A DNA stretch of 64,000 bases from an uncultured Fibrobacterota bacterium (GTDB lineage: Bacteria > Fibrobacterota > Chitinivibrionia > Chitinivibrionales > FEN-1185), in contig CAVSQB010000036.1 in the NCBI GenBank assembly GCA_963729895.1, positions 1 to 64,000 on the forward strand. Reading direction: 5' to 3'. The notes below the pieces were generated by a model that did not search any database, was not told the DNA's origin, and saw only the letters and a list, made by a program, of their open reading frames with translations. Below are positions 49,652 through 60,025 of this stretch, piece after piece; positions within the stretch are counted from its first letter, which is position 1; each line of letters opens with the position of its first letter. The translations under genes and the position numbers were made by a program.

Positions 49652-50194
49652 TTGGATCCGAGAGGAAGTTTTGCTTTTGATCTACTGGATACCAAATCCA
49701 ATGAGGCAATTTCTTCATATGAGCATTCGCTCTACAAAGCTTTTTCTAGTCGAGATTTTCTTGATCCCGTAAGGATTGTTGACCATAAGTTGCACAGAAC
49801 GCAAACTAAAATACCATACCAAGCCCAAGACGTGTTTATAGTAAGGTTGAAAGATAAGATCGTTGCTGCCATGGCAATCAATTACGACATGAACAACACA
49901 CTTCAGCTTGAGCTGAGGGGCTTTTCAATCAACAAAGACCAGCCTCACATTTGTGAAGTCCTTCATCTGTTTAGCAATATTGACCTGATGAACGGAAAAC
50001 CTGTTATTGAAACCCTTGGAGATTTTGCTTTAAATAAAATAGCTTTGCGGAATGTAAATACAATCTTTATTACATGCACCGAAAGAAGGCTAAATTCTTA
50101 TCAAAAATTTGGCTTCTCATTAGTTGCGCAAAACGATCTTCCTTTTAATGGGTCCAAAAGGTTTCTGCTTGTAACGAATCTTACCAAAGGATGA
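49652..50194 (+). CDS. Hypothetical protein with GNAT/acyltransferase-like fold features
   Basis: RBS GGGAGG with TTG start. Beta pattern VFIVRLKDKIVAAMAI, ICEVLHLF, C-terminal IFITCTERRLNSYQKFGF. Confidence 0.6.
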   Translation: MDPRGSFAFDLLDTKSNEAISSYEHSLYKAFSSRDFLDPVRIVDHKLHRTQTKIPYQAQDVFIVRLKDKIVAAMAINYDMNNTLQLELRGFSINKDQPHICEVLHLFSNIDLMNGKPVIETLGDFALNKIALRNVNTIFITCTERRLNSYQKFGFSLVAQNDLPFNGSKRFLLVTNLTKG

Positions 50195-50679
50195 ATATGA
50201 ACATTTCAGAGTCTAAGAAATTCGACTTGAATTCAGAGCCGCTTGCTTCATTTTTTCAGAGGGCACTTTCCGACATTAAGGGATACGCACAGGTTAACAT
50301 TGATGAGCAAGAAACAATCAATGATCGCCCACCTTTTCGCGGCAAACACCCCTTGGAATTCATCAAACAATTTATTGATGTCTACCATAAGGACCTGCTT
50401 ACACCTGAGGAAGTAAGACAAATAGTTATATTCCCATTTCCATGCAAATCTCCCGAATCTCAAGAGCAGAAACAAAAGTATAAAGATGAAATGACAATGA
50501 TAAATTCCGACCCTATAAAGCCTTTTTTCCAATTGGTAATTAATGACATTACTGGATTTATAAACTTCCTTATGGAGCAGGAAAATATTGCAATCGGGCG
50601 CCATCCGGCGTTTCTCCTAATAGAATTCCTGGATTCATATCGAAAGGATATTACCTTTACTCCCACCAAGGCATCATGA
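50191..50679 (+). CDS. Hypothetical protein, paralogue A (two internal repeats)
   Basis: ATGA-coupled to the previous gene. Homologous to the next ORF. Confidence 0.8.
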   Translation: MNMNISESKKFDLNSEPLASFFQRALSDIKGYAQVNIDEQETINDRPPFRGKHPLEFIKQFIDVYHKDLLTPEEVRQIVIFPFPCKSPESQEQKQKYKDEMTMINSDPIKPFFQLVINDITGFINFLMEQENIAIGRHPAFLLIEFLDSYRKDITFTPTKAS

Positions 50680-51155
50680 TGAACATTTCAGAGTCTAAGA
50701 GATTCGACTTGAATTCAGAGCCGATTGCTTCATTTTTCCAGAGGGTAGTTTCCGATATTAAAGGATATGCCCAACTTAATATTGATGAGCAAGACTTAAT
50801 AAATCGATTTTCTACTTGGCACGGCAAACACCCCTTAGAATTTACTAGACACGCGATTCTTGATTATCAAAGGGATCTTGTTAAACCTGAAGAAATGAAA
50901 CAGATTCTTATTTGCCCTTTTCCCTGCAAATCTTCTGAATCCGCAGAAGAGAAGCAGAAGTATAAGGACGATATGACAATGATCAGTTCAGAGCCTGTTA
51001 AATCTTTTTTTGAATTAGTGATTAATGACTTAATTGCTTTTGTCACTGTCGTTATGGAAAAAAAAGACATACCACCAGGTCGACACCCGGCTCATTTAGT
51101 AATAGACCTTTTGAATTCTTATCAGAAAGACATTACATTTTCACCAAAGTTGTAA
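50676..51155 (+). CDS. Hypothetical protein, paralogue B (two internal repeats)
   Basis: ATGA-coupled. The first 67 nt from MNISES differ from paralogue A at 3 positions. Confidence 0.8.
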   Translation: MMNISESKRFDLNSEPIASFFQRVVSDIKGYAQLNIDEQDLINRFSTWHGKHPLEFTRHAILDYQRDLVKPEEMKQILICPFPCKSSESAEEKQKYKDDMTMISSEPVKSFFELVINDLIAFVTVVMEKKDIPPGRHPAHLVIDLLNSYQKDITFSPKL

Positions 51156-51180
51156 TCGCGTCATTTACCGAATCATAATT

Positions 51181-53736
51181 ATGAATTTATTGGAAATAAC
51201 CCTTTTTGTTTCAATTGGATATTATCTCTCTCTCTCCCTTTACCATTTTGTCGTGTATTTAGGAAGAAAACACGATCAAAGCAACTTGTTCTTTTCCTTA
51301 CTACTCATATCAATGTCCTTTTTGCTTTTCAGCAAAGGAATTTACCCTTCTTTACCAAATAAAAGTTTTAACCTCGAAGTTGCTTTTGATTTCATAGCTA
51401 ACTTATTGTCCGGCTCTTTCCTCTTGCTTTTCACAAATAGTACCTTAGGTTCAAGGAAATTCATCCGACCTATTTATTGGTTTCTTATTTCAGGCACAAG
51501 CGCCACAATAGTATGCATAATGTGGTTTTTGCTCTCCGGAAACTATCTTCCTCCATCAATCCTCGTGGTCATTGTTTGTGCACCTTTTGCGACATTTCTT
51601 GCGGTGAGAATAATCGTTCATTTCTTTTCGCGGGAAACTAAGCTATATAGGGAAAAATGGAGATTGATAATATTTGCCGGTACAATTGTCTATGCCGTCG
51701 CATTTATGACAGCTGTTGTCCTTGTTGCTTTTGATTTGCCTGATCATCTTCAAGCTTTTATCGTCAACATAGGCGCATTATTTCTGTGTACAGGATCTGC
51801 ACTTAGCTTGGCTTCCCAATTCAATAAGGAACATTTGGATTTAAAATTGCTCACGGATCAATTGGAAGAAAAGGTCAAGGCCAGAACAAAAGAGTTGGAG
51901 ATTGCAAATTCGCAGAAAACGAATGCATTTATTAATCTTGCTCACGAAATCAAAACGCCTCTTACCCTTATCAATAATACCGTCAAAACGCTGGCAAATA
52001 AAACAGGGGAGATTGACGAGATAGTTGAAATTAAGTACAATGTTGGACGCCTATTGAGAGATGCTGTCAATTTTCTTGACTCAGAAAAATTAGAACGTGG
52101 ACAAATCTTCTATGATAATGATAAGCCCCTTAACTTGTCCGACATGCTTACACGAAAAATTCAGTCATTCCAGCGCCTTGCAGAAAAGAAACAAATAACT
52201 ATCCATTACCATATTGACCCCCACCTTTTTTCTCAGATTGATCAGTATGCCTTTGACAGGATAGTCAATAATCTTCTCGACAACGCGATCAAATATAATC
52301 GCGCTTTTGGCTCAATAACCGTTTTGCTAAGCGTTCCAAACGAAGACCACAAAATTCATTTTGTGGTCGAAGATACCGGAATCGGAATTTCTGAAGAAGA
52401 CCAAAAAGCGATATTTGACCCATATTACCAAGCTTCACATGCAAAACGAAACGTCCAAGGAATTGGAATGGGCCTTTATATAGTTGCCCAAATCATCAAA
52501 TCCGTTGGCGGTTCAATTTCCCTTTCTAGTCGCATCAATTCATGGTCAAGATTTGACATCATACTTAACCAATACACTCTCAAAGAAGGGGAGAAGCCCC
52601 TTTCCGCAGCATCAATATCAGAGCCAATCAACGATCCACCGCAATACGACTGTTCAGACTTCTTCTCTGACGCCAACACGCACACCCTGTTATTGGTAGA
52701 AGACAACCAAGGCCTCCTACACTCATTGCGAGAAACCTTCATTAAGGAATATGATGTAATCTGTGCCCTGAATGGGGAAGAGGCTCTCGAAAAACTCAAG
52801 AAGTACACAGACCGAAAACCAGATCTTGTAATATCCGACATCATGATGGACAAAATGGATGGAAACGAATTTTACGCTACTTTTCATCAAAAAGAAGAGT
52901 TCAAGCAAATACCAGTCATATTTTTGACCGCAAAATCATTGGAGGCTGGCAATGTTGAAGCCTTGACAAACGGTGCAATTGATTATATTTATAAGCCGTT
53001 TTCGATGAATGTCTTGCAAGCAAAAGTTAAGTCATTAATTGATTTCACAAACACAAAAAACATGTTTTTTCTTAAGGACAAATTTCATTCCTTAGGCATA
53101 TTGACTGCCAGCATCTCTCATGAAATACTAAACCCGCTTTCCTCCATAACGGGTCTTCTAGGCGTAATGGATCAAGAAGCAAAGTCTCAATCAAATCAGG
53201 AACTTTCCGAGAATATCAATATTATTAGAAATAGCGCTACCCGAATTACCGACATTGTCTTAATGATGCGGGCGCTTTTCCATGGGGAACGAATAAAACC
53301 AGAGGATATATTTCCGTACAAGCTATTGCAACCTCTTGTCGTTCTGTATGCTGACAAACTAAGAACACGCATCAAGATAGTGTTGGACATTCCTGAAGAG
53401 TTGACTATACATACCAATCCTAATGCATTAATCCAAATTATTACTAATTTATTGTCAAATGCTATAGATTCAATTCATGATCAAGGCACAATCACCATCT
53501 CCAGCGGCAAAAACGATACCCACAACATTCTACTTGTATCCGACACGGGATCTGGAATCGACCCAAAGCACCAAAAAAGTATTTATGATTTGGGATTCAG
53601 CAAAAAAGCGAATCTAAATGGAACGGGGTTTGGATTATATATTGTCAATCAGTTGTGTTCTAAATTGAACGTGTTGATCCACTGTGAATCTGCTCTTGGC
53701 AAAGGAACGACGTTTACACTTGAATTTCCTAGTTGA
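51181..53736 (+). CDS. 7TM hybrid sensor kinase: TM domain-HisKA-HATPase-REC-HisKA-HATPase
   Basis: About 7 hydrophobic helices. First kinase LAHEIKTPL, LDNAIKY, DTGIGI, GIGMGL. Receiver VEDN..SDIMM..KPF. Second kinase ISHEILNPL, SNAID, DTGSGI, GTGFGL. Confidence 0.9.
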   Translation: MNLLEITLFVSIGYYLSLSLYHFVVYLGRKHDQSNLFFSLLLISMSFLLFSKGIYPSLPNKSFNLEVAFDFIANLLSGSFLLLFTNSTLGSRKFIRPIYWFLISGTSATIVCIMWFLLSGNYLPPSILVVIVCAPFATFLAVRIIVHFFSRETKLYREKWRLIIFAGTIVYAVAFMTAVVLVAFDLPDHLQAFIVNIGALFLCTGSALSLASQFNKEHLDLKLLTDQLEEKVKARTKELEIANSQKTNAFINLAHEIKTPLTLINNTVKTLANKTGEIDEIVEIKYNVGRLLRDAVNFLDSEKLERGQIFYDNDKPLNLSDMLTRKIQSFQRLAEKKQITIHYHIDPHLFSQIDQYAFDRIVNNLLDNAIKYNRAFGSITVLLSVPNEDHKIHFVVEDTGIGISEEDQKAIFDPYYQASHAKRNVQGIGMGLYIVAQIIKSVGGSISLSSRINSWSRFDIILNQYTLKEGEKPLSAASISEPINDPPQYDCSDFFSDANTHTLLLVEDNQGLLHSLRETFIKEYDVICALNGEEALEKLKKYTDRKPDLVISDIMMDKMDGNEFYATFHQKEEFKQIPVIFLTAKSLEAGNVEALTNGAIDYIYKPFSMNVLQAKVKSLIDFTNTKNMFFLKDKFHSLGILTASISHEILNPLSSITGLLGVMDQEAKSQSNQELSENINIIRNSATRITDIVLMMRALFHGERIKPEDIFPYKLLQPLVVLYADKLRTRIKIVLDIPEELTIHTNPNALIQIITNLLSNAIDSIHDQGTITISSGKNDTHNILLVSDTGSGIDPKHQKSIYDLGFSKKANLNGTGFGLYIVNQLCSKLNVLIHCESALGKGTTFTLEFPS

Positions 53737-53802
53737 CGGTGTTTTTCCTTAAAAAGCCTCTCAAGAACTTCTAGGCACCAGGAACAAAGACAGAGAGAAT
53801 GA

Positions 53803-56370
53803 ATGCAGAATGATCCAGCCAAATTAGGAAGCGACAATTCAGACAAGCAAGAACAGCTCTCCGGCGCTGTTGAAAGAGTAACTTTCCATAGCGAGGATTC
53901 GGGTTTCTGCGTTCTGCGGGTCAAGGTAAAAGGCCACAAAGATTTTGTCGCGGTAACAGGAACCACCGCATCTGTTTCTCCCGGCGAATATATTGACTCA
54001 CAGGGAATCTGGGTGAATGACCACACCTATGGTCTTCAATTCAAATCTTCCCGGCTCACCGTCGTTCCTCCAAGTACACTGGAAGGAATAGAAAAGTACC
54101 TTGGTTCAGGAATGATCAAAGGTATCGGACCTCATTTTGCCGAAAAACTGGTAAAAGCATTCGGCGAAAAAGTCTTTGATGTCATTGAGGAGACTCCTGA
54201 GAAGATGCGGGAGTTACCCGGCATTGGTGAAAAGCGGAAGAATTGCGTGGTTAAAGCATGGGCTGAACAGAAAGTTATCCGGGAAATTATGGTCTTTCTT
54301 CAGTCCTATGGCGTAGGCACCTCACGAGCAGTCAGGATTTTCAAGACATATGGAAGTGAGTCGATATCAAAAGTCTCTGAGAACCCGTACCGCTTGGCGT
54401 TGGATATAGCCGGCATAGGCTTCAAGACAGCGGATACCATAGCGCAGAGGCTTGGCATACCTCCAACATCGCTCATTCGGGCTCAGGCGGGCGTCAGGCA
54501 TGCCCTCCAGGAGCTGTCCGCAGAGGGCCATTGCGCGTACCCCTTGGATGAGCTCGTTATCCTTACCAGCAAACTCCTTGAGATTCCCGATGTCCTTTCG
54601 ACCAGTGGGTTGAACGCCGAAATAGAAAACGGGAACTTGATCCAGGAGGAAATCGAAGGGAAAGCGATCATTTACTTGGCCGGACTTCACAAATCCGAAA
54701 CAGGCATAGCCACAAAACTGCTTCAGTTAGCTCAGGGCAAATGCCCTTGGGGGTCTATTGATGCAAACAAGGCCATCCCTTGGGTGGAAGAACAAAATCA
54801 TATCCAGCTTTCCGGTTCACAGAAGAACGCCGTAATACAGGCGCTGTCGAGCAAGGTCCTGGTAATTACAGGTGGTCCCGGAGTGGGGAAGACCACGCTC
54901 GTAAACAGCATTCTGAAGATATTGCGAGCGAAGAAACTCGAGGTCCTTCTTTGTGCGCCGACCGGACGAGCGGCCAAGAGACTGTCCGAATCAACAGGTC
55001 TTGAGGCCAAAACAATTCATCGGCTGTTGGAATTCGACGGAAAAATGGGAGGATTCAAGCGGACCAAAGAAAATCCGCTGTCTGCGGAATTGGTAGTTGT
55101 CGATGAAGCCTCAATGATCGACGTCGTGCTGATGCACCAACTTCTCCGCGCAATTCCGGATTCGAGCGGTCTTTTGCTTGTCGGCGATGTTGACCAGTTG
55201 CCGTCTGTCGGTCCGGGATCCTGCCTGTCGGACATAATTGATTCGGAAACAGTTCCGACGGTGCGGCTGACGGAGATTTTCCGGCAGGCGGCAACATCCA
55301 AGATCATAGTAAATGCTCACCGAATCAATGAAGGCCTGATGCCCTTGCATAATGAAAACGAAGACGTGCTTTCGGACTTCTACTTTATTCCGAGCGAAAC
55401 AGCGGAAGAAATAGCGGAAAACCTGATGGAAGTCGTGTGCGAGCGCATCCCCAAGCGGTTTGGGCTTGATCCCGTTCGTGATGTCCAGGTTCTCACTCCC
55501 ATGAATCGGGGAGGGCTGGGCGCCAGAGCCTTAAATGTTGAGCTGCAAAAGCGTCTGAACAAAAGTACAGGCGATAAGATTGAAAAATTCGGTTCAACCT
55601 ATGGTGTCGGAGATAAAGTCATTCAGACCGTCAACAACTATGACAAAGAAGTTTTCAACGGGGACATCGGAACAATTTCAACAATCGATCTGGAAGATGG
55701 AATGTTGACCATTGATTTTGATGGCAGGGGAGTGGAATATGAGATTAATGAGCTTGACGAAGTCTTCCTTGCGTATGCCACCTCTATTCACAAATCGCAA
55801 GGATCGGAATACCCTGCGGTCGTGATTCCACTTGCGACGCAGCACTACATGATGCTTGAGCGTAATTTGATTTACACCGGCATAACTCGCGGGAAAAAGC
55901 TGGTGGTAATCGTTGGGCAGCCAAAGGCGTTGGCAATTGCCGTAAAGAATAAACAGTCCACGGCTCGGATATCCTTCTTGAATTACAGGCTGAAAACTCT
56001 GTCCTCAGAAGGGAAGTCAAAACAAGTGAGTGCTTTAGCAATCCCCTACAATCAAGGACACCTGGATACAAATATGAAAATTGACCCCTTGAAAAGATTC
56101 AAGCTAACAACGATGGATTTTCTTAATTATGATGGCGATTATATGCAGAACGCGCTTGAATTCTTTTACACCATGTTAGATAAATCAGATCTTAGATCCA
56201 TTGTCTCTCTTTTAAATCGAACACCTTATGAACAAAAAAATCTGGTTTATGGCAATTTCAGAAAAACATTTTGTATATCTGATGATGACATTCACGCGAA
56301 ATATGAAGAAATTATGAAGGGTAAAATAGAGGATGCGCTTATTGACGAATGGATATCAAAGAATCTTTAA
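53803..56370 (+). CDS. recD2: RecD2-like SF1B DNA helicase with an extra C-terminal region
   Basis: YLGSGMIKGIG, ENPYRL..GIGFKTAD, TGGPGVGKTT, APTGRAAKRL, DEASM, AYATSIHKSQGSEY and YTGITRGK motifs. Confidence 0.93.
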   Translation: MQNDPAKLGSDNSDKQEQLSGAVERVTFHSEDSGFCVLRVKVKGHKDFVAVTGTTASVSPGEYIDSQGIWVNDHTYGLQFKSSRLTVVPPSTLEGIEKYLGSGMIKGIGPHFAEKLVKAFGEKVFDVIEETPEKMRELPGIGEKRKNCVVKAWAEQKVIREIMVFLQSYGVGTSRAVRIFKTYGSESISKVSENPYRLALDIAGIGFKTADTIAQRLGIPPTSLIRAQAGVRHALQELSAEGHCAYPLDELVILTSKLLEIPDVLSTSGLNAEIENGNLIQEEIEGKAIIYLAGLHKSETGIATKLLQLAQGKCPWGSIDANKAIPWVEEQNHIQLSGSQKNAVIQALSSKVLVITGGPGVGKTTLVNSILKILRAKKLEVLLCAPTGRAAKRLSESTGLEAKTIHRLLEFDGKMGGFKRTKENPLSAELVVVDEASMIDVVLMHQLLRAIPDSSGLLLVGDVDQLPSVGPGSCLSDIIDSETVPTVRLTEIFRQAATSKIIVNAHRINEGLMPLHNENEDVLSDFYFIPSETAEEIAENLMEVVCERIPKRFGLDPVRDVQVLTPMNRGGLGARALNVELQKRLNKSTGDKIEKFGSTYGVGDKVIQTVNNYDKEVFNGDIGTISTIDLEDGMLTIDFDGRGVEYEINELDEVFLAYATSIHKSQGSEYPAVVIPLATQHYMMLERNLIYTGITRGKKLVVIVGQPKALAIAVKNKQSTARISFLNYRLKTLSSEGKSKQVSALAIPYNQGHLDTNMKIDPLKRFKLTTMDFLNYDGDYMQNALEFFYTMLDKSDLRSIVSLLNRTPYEQKNLVYGNFRKTFCISDDDIHAKYEEIMKGKIEDALIDEWISKNL

Positions 56371-56559
56371 TAGACTGCCAAAAGGCTGAAGCAAAGGTGT
56401 TCATTGATAATGCGAATGCAATGTCGACAACGAGACAGTTCACTGCGGAATAGAATTCTGTGTTCGCCTCGATGCTGAGGAAGAAATGAAAAACGCGTCC
56501 ACGACCTGAAGAAAAACAAATGAAGCACAAGCCCGAGTCCTTCGCGCCGCGCTCCCAGA

Positions 56560-57032
56560 TCAAGAACGTGAGCGTGGAATTCTACGGGTCATGTAGGCAT
56601 TGATCCGATCAGCATGGTCATCAGCATAGAGGGTCTGCAAAACCTGAAATGCAATATCATCATCAGTTGTTGTAACCGTATTTTGGAAATGTATCTCGCC
56701 GGCTGATTGCTCGATTTGAATTGCAATGGTGAAACAATCCAGGCGAGTCGGGATCTGGTTAACACGGGATAACAGGATTTCCTCGATCCTGGAATTGATC
56801 TCGTAAAGGGTTTCTACACAGATTCAAGAAGCCGATCATCCAAGGCTGGAGAATCTACGATGTACTCCTGATGGGTTCGCAATAGGCTTGCGTGCCGATC
56901 CTCTTCGTTGGCGAGCTGCATCCAAAACTCAAAATCAGTAAGATGTATGGAACCAAAGAAACGGTAGAGTTTACCTACATTTTCTTCAATATCGATAAGT
57001 TTACGAATGACCCGAGATGCCTCATTGACCAT
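56560..57032 (-). pseudogene. Frameshifted rubrerythrin/ferritin-like protein
   Basis: First half IEENVGKLY..FW.QLANEEDRHA ends at a TAG (56814). The second half continues in another frame from ~56817: VETLYEINSRIEE..AIQIEQSAGEIHFQ..FQVLQTLYADDHADRI. Confidence 0.75.
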
Positions 57033-57191
57033 GGTTGTCTCTCCAACAGATTCCAATTGACTTATCCGCCTCAAAATGACAGATGAATCCGCCAGAATTT
57101 TCCAATTCTGCAATATCTGATGCCTCTTTTTTCGACTGCTTTAAAAAAACTCTTACCTTTTCAGGGATTGGGCAAAAACCGTCAACGTGGT

Positions 57192-59280
57192 TTACTCTAA
57201 GCGGAAATAGAATGTCGCTCCTTTGTCCTTTTCCGCCTCCGCCCAGATCGCCCCATGATGCTTTTCGATAATTCTCTTTGCAATAGCAAGGCCGATCCCC
57301 GTTCCTTTGAAATCCTTTTGAGAGTGCAATCGAATGAATGGATTGAATATTTTCTCAACATCTATCATGTCAAAACCCACCCCATTGTCTTTTATGAAAT
57401 AAATTGTTTGGCTGTTGTCTCTTTGCAAACCGAATTCAATATGAGCTTGATTCGTTTTGGAAGTGTATTTCCATGCGTTGCGGACAAGGTTTTCTATGAG
57501 TATCTTGACAAGCCCGGCGTCCGCATTAACGATACAATCAGGCGTGATGACAAAATCAATTTCACGATGAGGATTTGTTGATGACTTTAATTCCGTGCAA
57601 AAAGATTGCACCAGATCGCTGAGATTGACTGTTTCCCGATGAACCTCCTGCCGGGCAATGCCGGAAAGGGAGAGCAGGTCGGTAATGACGTGCGACATCC
57701 GCTGGGTGGTATTCTCAATATGTCCGATCGCCTCTTTCGAATCCTTTCCCATGGTTTCAAGATCCTTTTTCAGGACCGCCACGCAGGTGACAATGGAATT
57801 AAGTGGATTGCGCAGGTCGTGAGAAACGGAATAGCTGAATGCCTCCAGCTCCTTGTTCGCAAGAACCAAACCATTAGAATGAATTCGAAGCAAATTCTCC
57901 GCTTTTATCCGATCCGTGATATCGTTGAATACGGCTGCAAATCGTCCGGGAGCGGAGCGCCAGGCATGCACTTCAATATGCTTTCCAAGATCAGCTATTG
58001 GGTTGTCGATCCGCTCGGGACAGCCGCATGCCACAATGCGTCCGTAGGTCTCGATCCAGAACGGCTCTAATCCCGGAAAGATCTCCTTGGCCGTTCGGCC
58101 AACCACTCGTTCCAGGGGCAGGCCGGTGATCCGGCCAAACGACGGGTTCACTTCAATATGGCGGAAGTCAACCGGCTTGCCCGCCTGGTCATAGATCATC
58201 TCACAGAGGGCAAACCCTTCGTCCATGGAAGTGAACAGGTTTCGAAAACGCTCCTCGCTTTGGCGCAACCGATCCTCAATCCGTTTGCGCTCAGTGATGT
58301 CTCTAATGTTGCACTGGATTACGTTATGATGATCCTCTTGATAAACGTTACTTACGAATTCAACATCAATTTTTCGTCCATCGGTTGTTTCCAAGGGGAG
58401 GTTTTCATAACGAACGTACTTTTTTTCTTGCAACTCCAAAAAATTCGTTTGATTTGCGATAATGTCCTTGAAGAATCCTATATCCCAGATTGCCTTGCTG
58501 ATAAACTGATCGCGCGAGTACCCCAGCAACTTTACCAAGAATGGGTTCACATCTTCGATTTTTCCCGTCTCTGAATCAAGTATGAGAATTCCATCCTTTG
58601 CCGATTCAAAGAGTCTTCTGTATTTGAGTTCCGAAGCACTCAATACCTCTTCCACCTTTTTGTGTTCAGTGATGTAGGTTTCGAGTTCCGCTTCCATCTT
58701 GTTTCGTTCGGTGACATCAATAAGGGCAACCATGCAGCGGTCAAGGACGCCGGAATCGCCCCGGACGGCAATGCTCTCCGCAAAAACGTTAAACGTCGTG
58801 TTTTCGTCTGAATGCAACGTCAACTCGCAACGCAGCTTCTCTTCGCTATTAAAAATGGTGCGGCTGAATATGAACCATTTATCCTGACTTTCGCGAGACA
58901 CGAAGCGAGAGAATTTGAGCTTGCCGGCATTAATCGCTGAACGTTCTAAGCCGAGCATCTTCATGGCAGCGTTGTTTGCGCCAACAATGCAGGTGCCCGT
59001 GTCTATGGTGAGATATCCAACTGGAGCAAAGTCGTACAGCTCCGCAAATTGGTCGCGTGATGCGGACAACTCCATGTGAGCAGCACGAAGCTCTTCATTT
59101 TGCATCTCCAGCTCGACCTGGTGGACCTGCAGTTCGTGAACGAGTTTCTGGAGGTCTACGGTCTTTAGATCGGGGTTCGCCGGGGGATTCTTGGCCAAGG
59201 TCTCATTGGCCATCTTGCGGAGCAGAGAATCAGATATATTGACATCTGCGAGCGGGGGGGGGGGGGGGGGATTTTTTCAT
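57192..59280 (-). CDS. Cytoplasmic triple-PAS sensor histidine kinase; N-terminus split by a G17 tract
   Basis: HELQVHQVELEMQNEEL, three PAS/PAC units, SHDLRNPL, NAWKY, DNGVGF and GTGIGL motifs. The open frame starts at 59213; the probable true ATG at 59280 is out of frame by 1. Confidence 0.85.
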
Positions 59281-59476
59281 CTTAACCAGCATTTGCAAAG
59301 GTAAACGTATCATGCAAGAATCTGGGAGGCAAAAGGAATATGGTTCCTGGCCTACTCCTTTTCAAGGAAATAGTAAGGTCACGGATTTGGGGCCTGTTGC
59401 TTTTACCCTTTCCGGGAATAAGCAAAAAGGGCTATAATACAATTCGTCGGTTGTGATTGGTAAAGTCCGATAAGCT

Positions 59477-60010
59477 TTACTTCTCAAGAGCCTTAATGAC
59501 GGATTTGTATTTATCATGAATCATTTTTCTGTCAAATTCCCAGAATTCGCCAAGCATAGCTTGCTGCTCTGATTCTGAGAAATACCTCATAGATGAAGGG
59601 AAAAACACCTTGTCTTCCTTTTCAATGTGTTTTGGGTAAAAATTAACGAACTTTTTCAGGTTTTGAACAATGAAAGATGCCGCTACTTTATCTCCGTTAC
59701 GGTATGCCTCTGCCGATTTGACAAGTTCGGCGGTCGTTGCGCGGCCGAAGGCATGATCTTGAATCAATTCATTCATAAGATTGTTGTCAGCATCAGAAAG
59801 CTTCTTTTTTGCCAAGTCCCTGAACAGAATTTGTTCTTCCTTTCCGTGGTGCGTCCGATCTGCATATGTGCGAATGAAATCCACTGCCGTTTCAATGAAT
59901 GATTGATCTACAGTATTGTCCTTCTCAATTCTCCTAACCTCTGCATCAATCAATGAAATCATGCGCAAGATAAGACGATGCTCGATCATTAAAGGACCCC
60001 TTGGTTGCAT
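59477..60010 (-). CDS. Hemerythrin/HHE cation-binding domain protein
   Basis: LMIEHRLI, HHGKEEQILF, QDHAFGR and HIEKEDKVFFP motifs. Confidence 0.9.
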   Translation of the reverse strand: MQPRGPLMIEHRLILRMISLIDAEVRRIEKDNTVDQSFIETAVDFIRTYADRTHHGKEEQILFRDLAKKKLSDADNNLMNELIQDHAFGRATTAELVKSAEAYRNGDKVAASFIVQNLKKFVNFYPKHIEKEDKVFFPSSMRYFSESEQQAMLGEFWEFDRKMIHDKYKSVIKALEK

Positions 60011-60025
60011 AAGATAATCCTCCTT

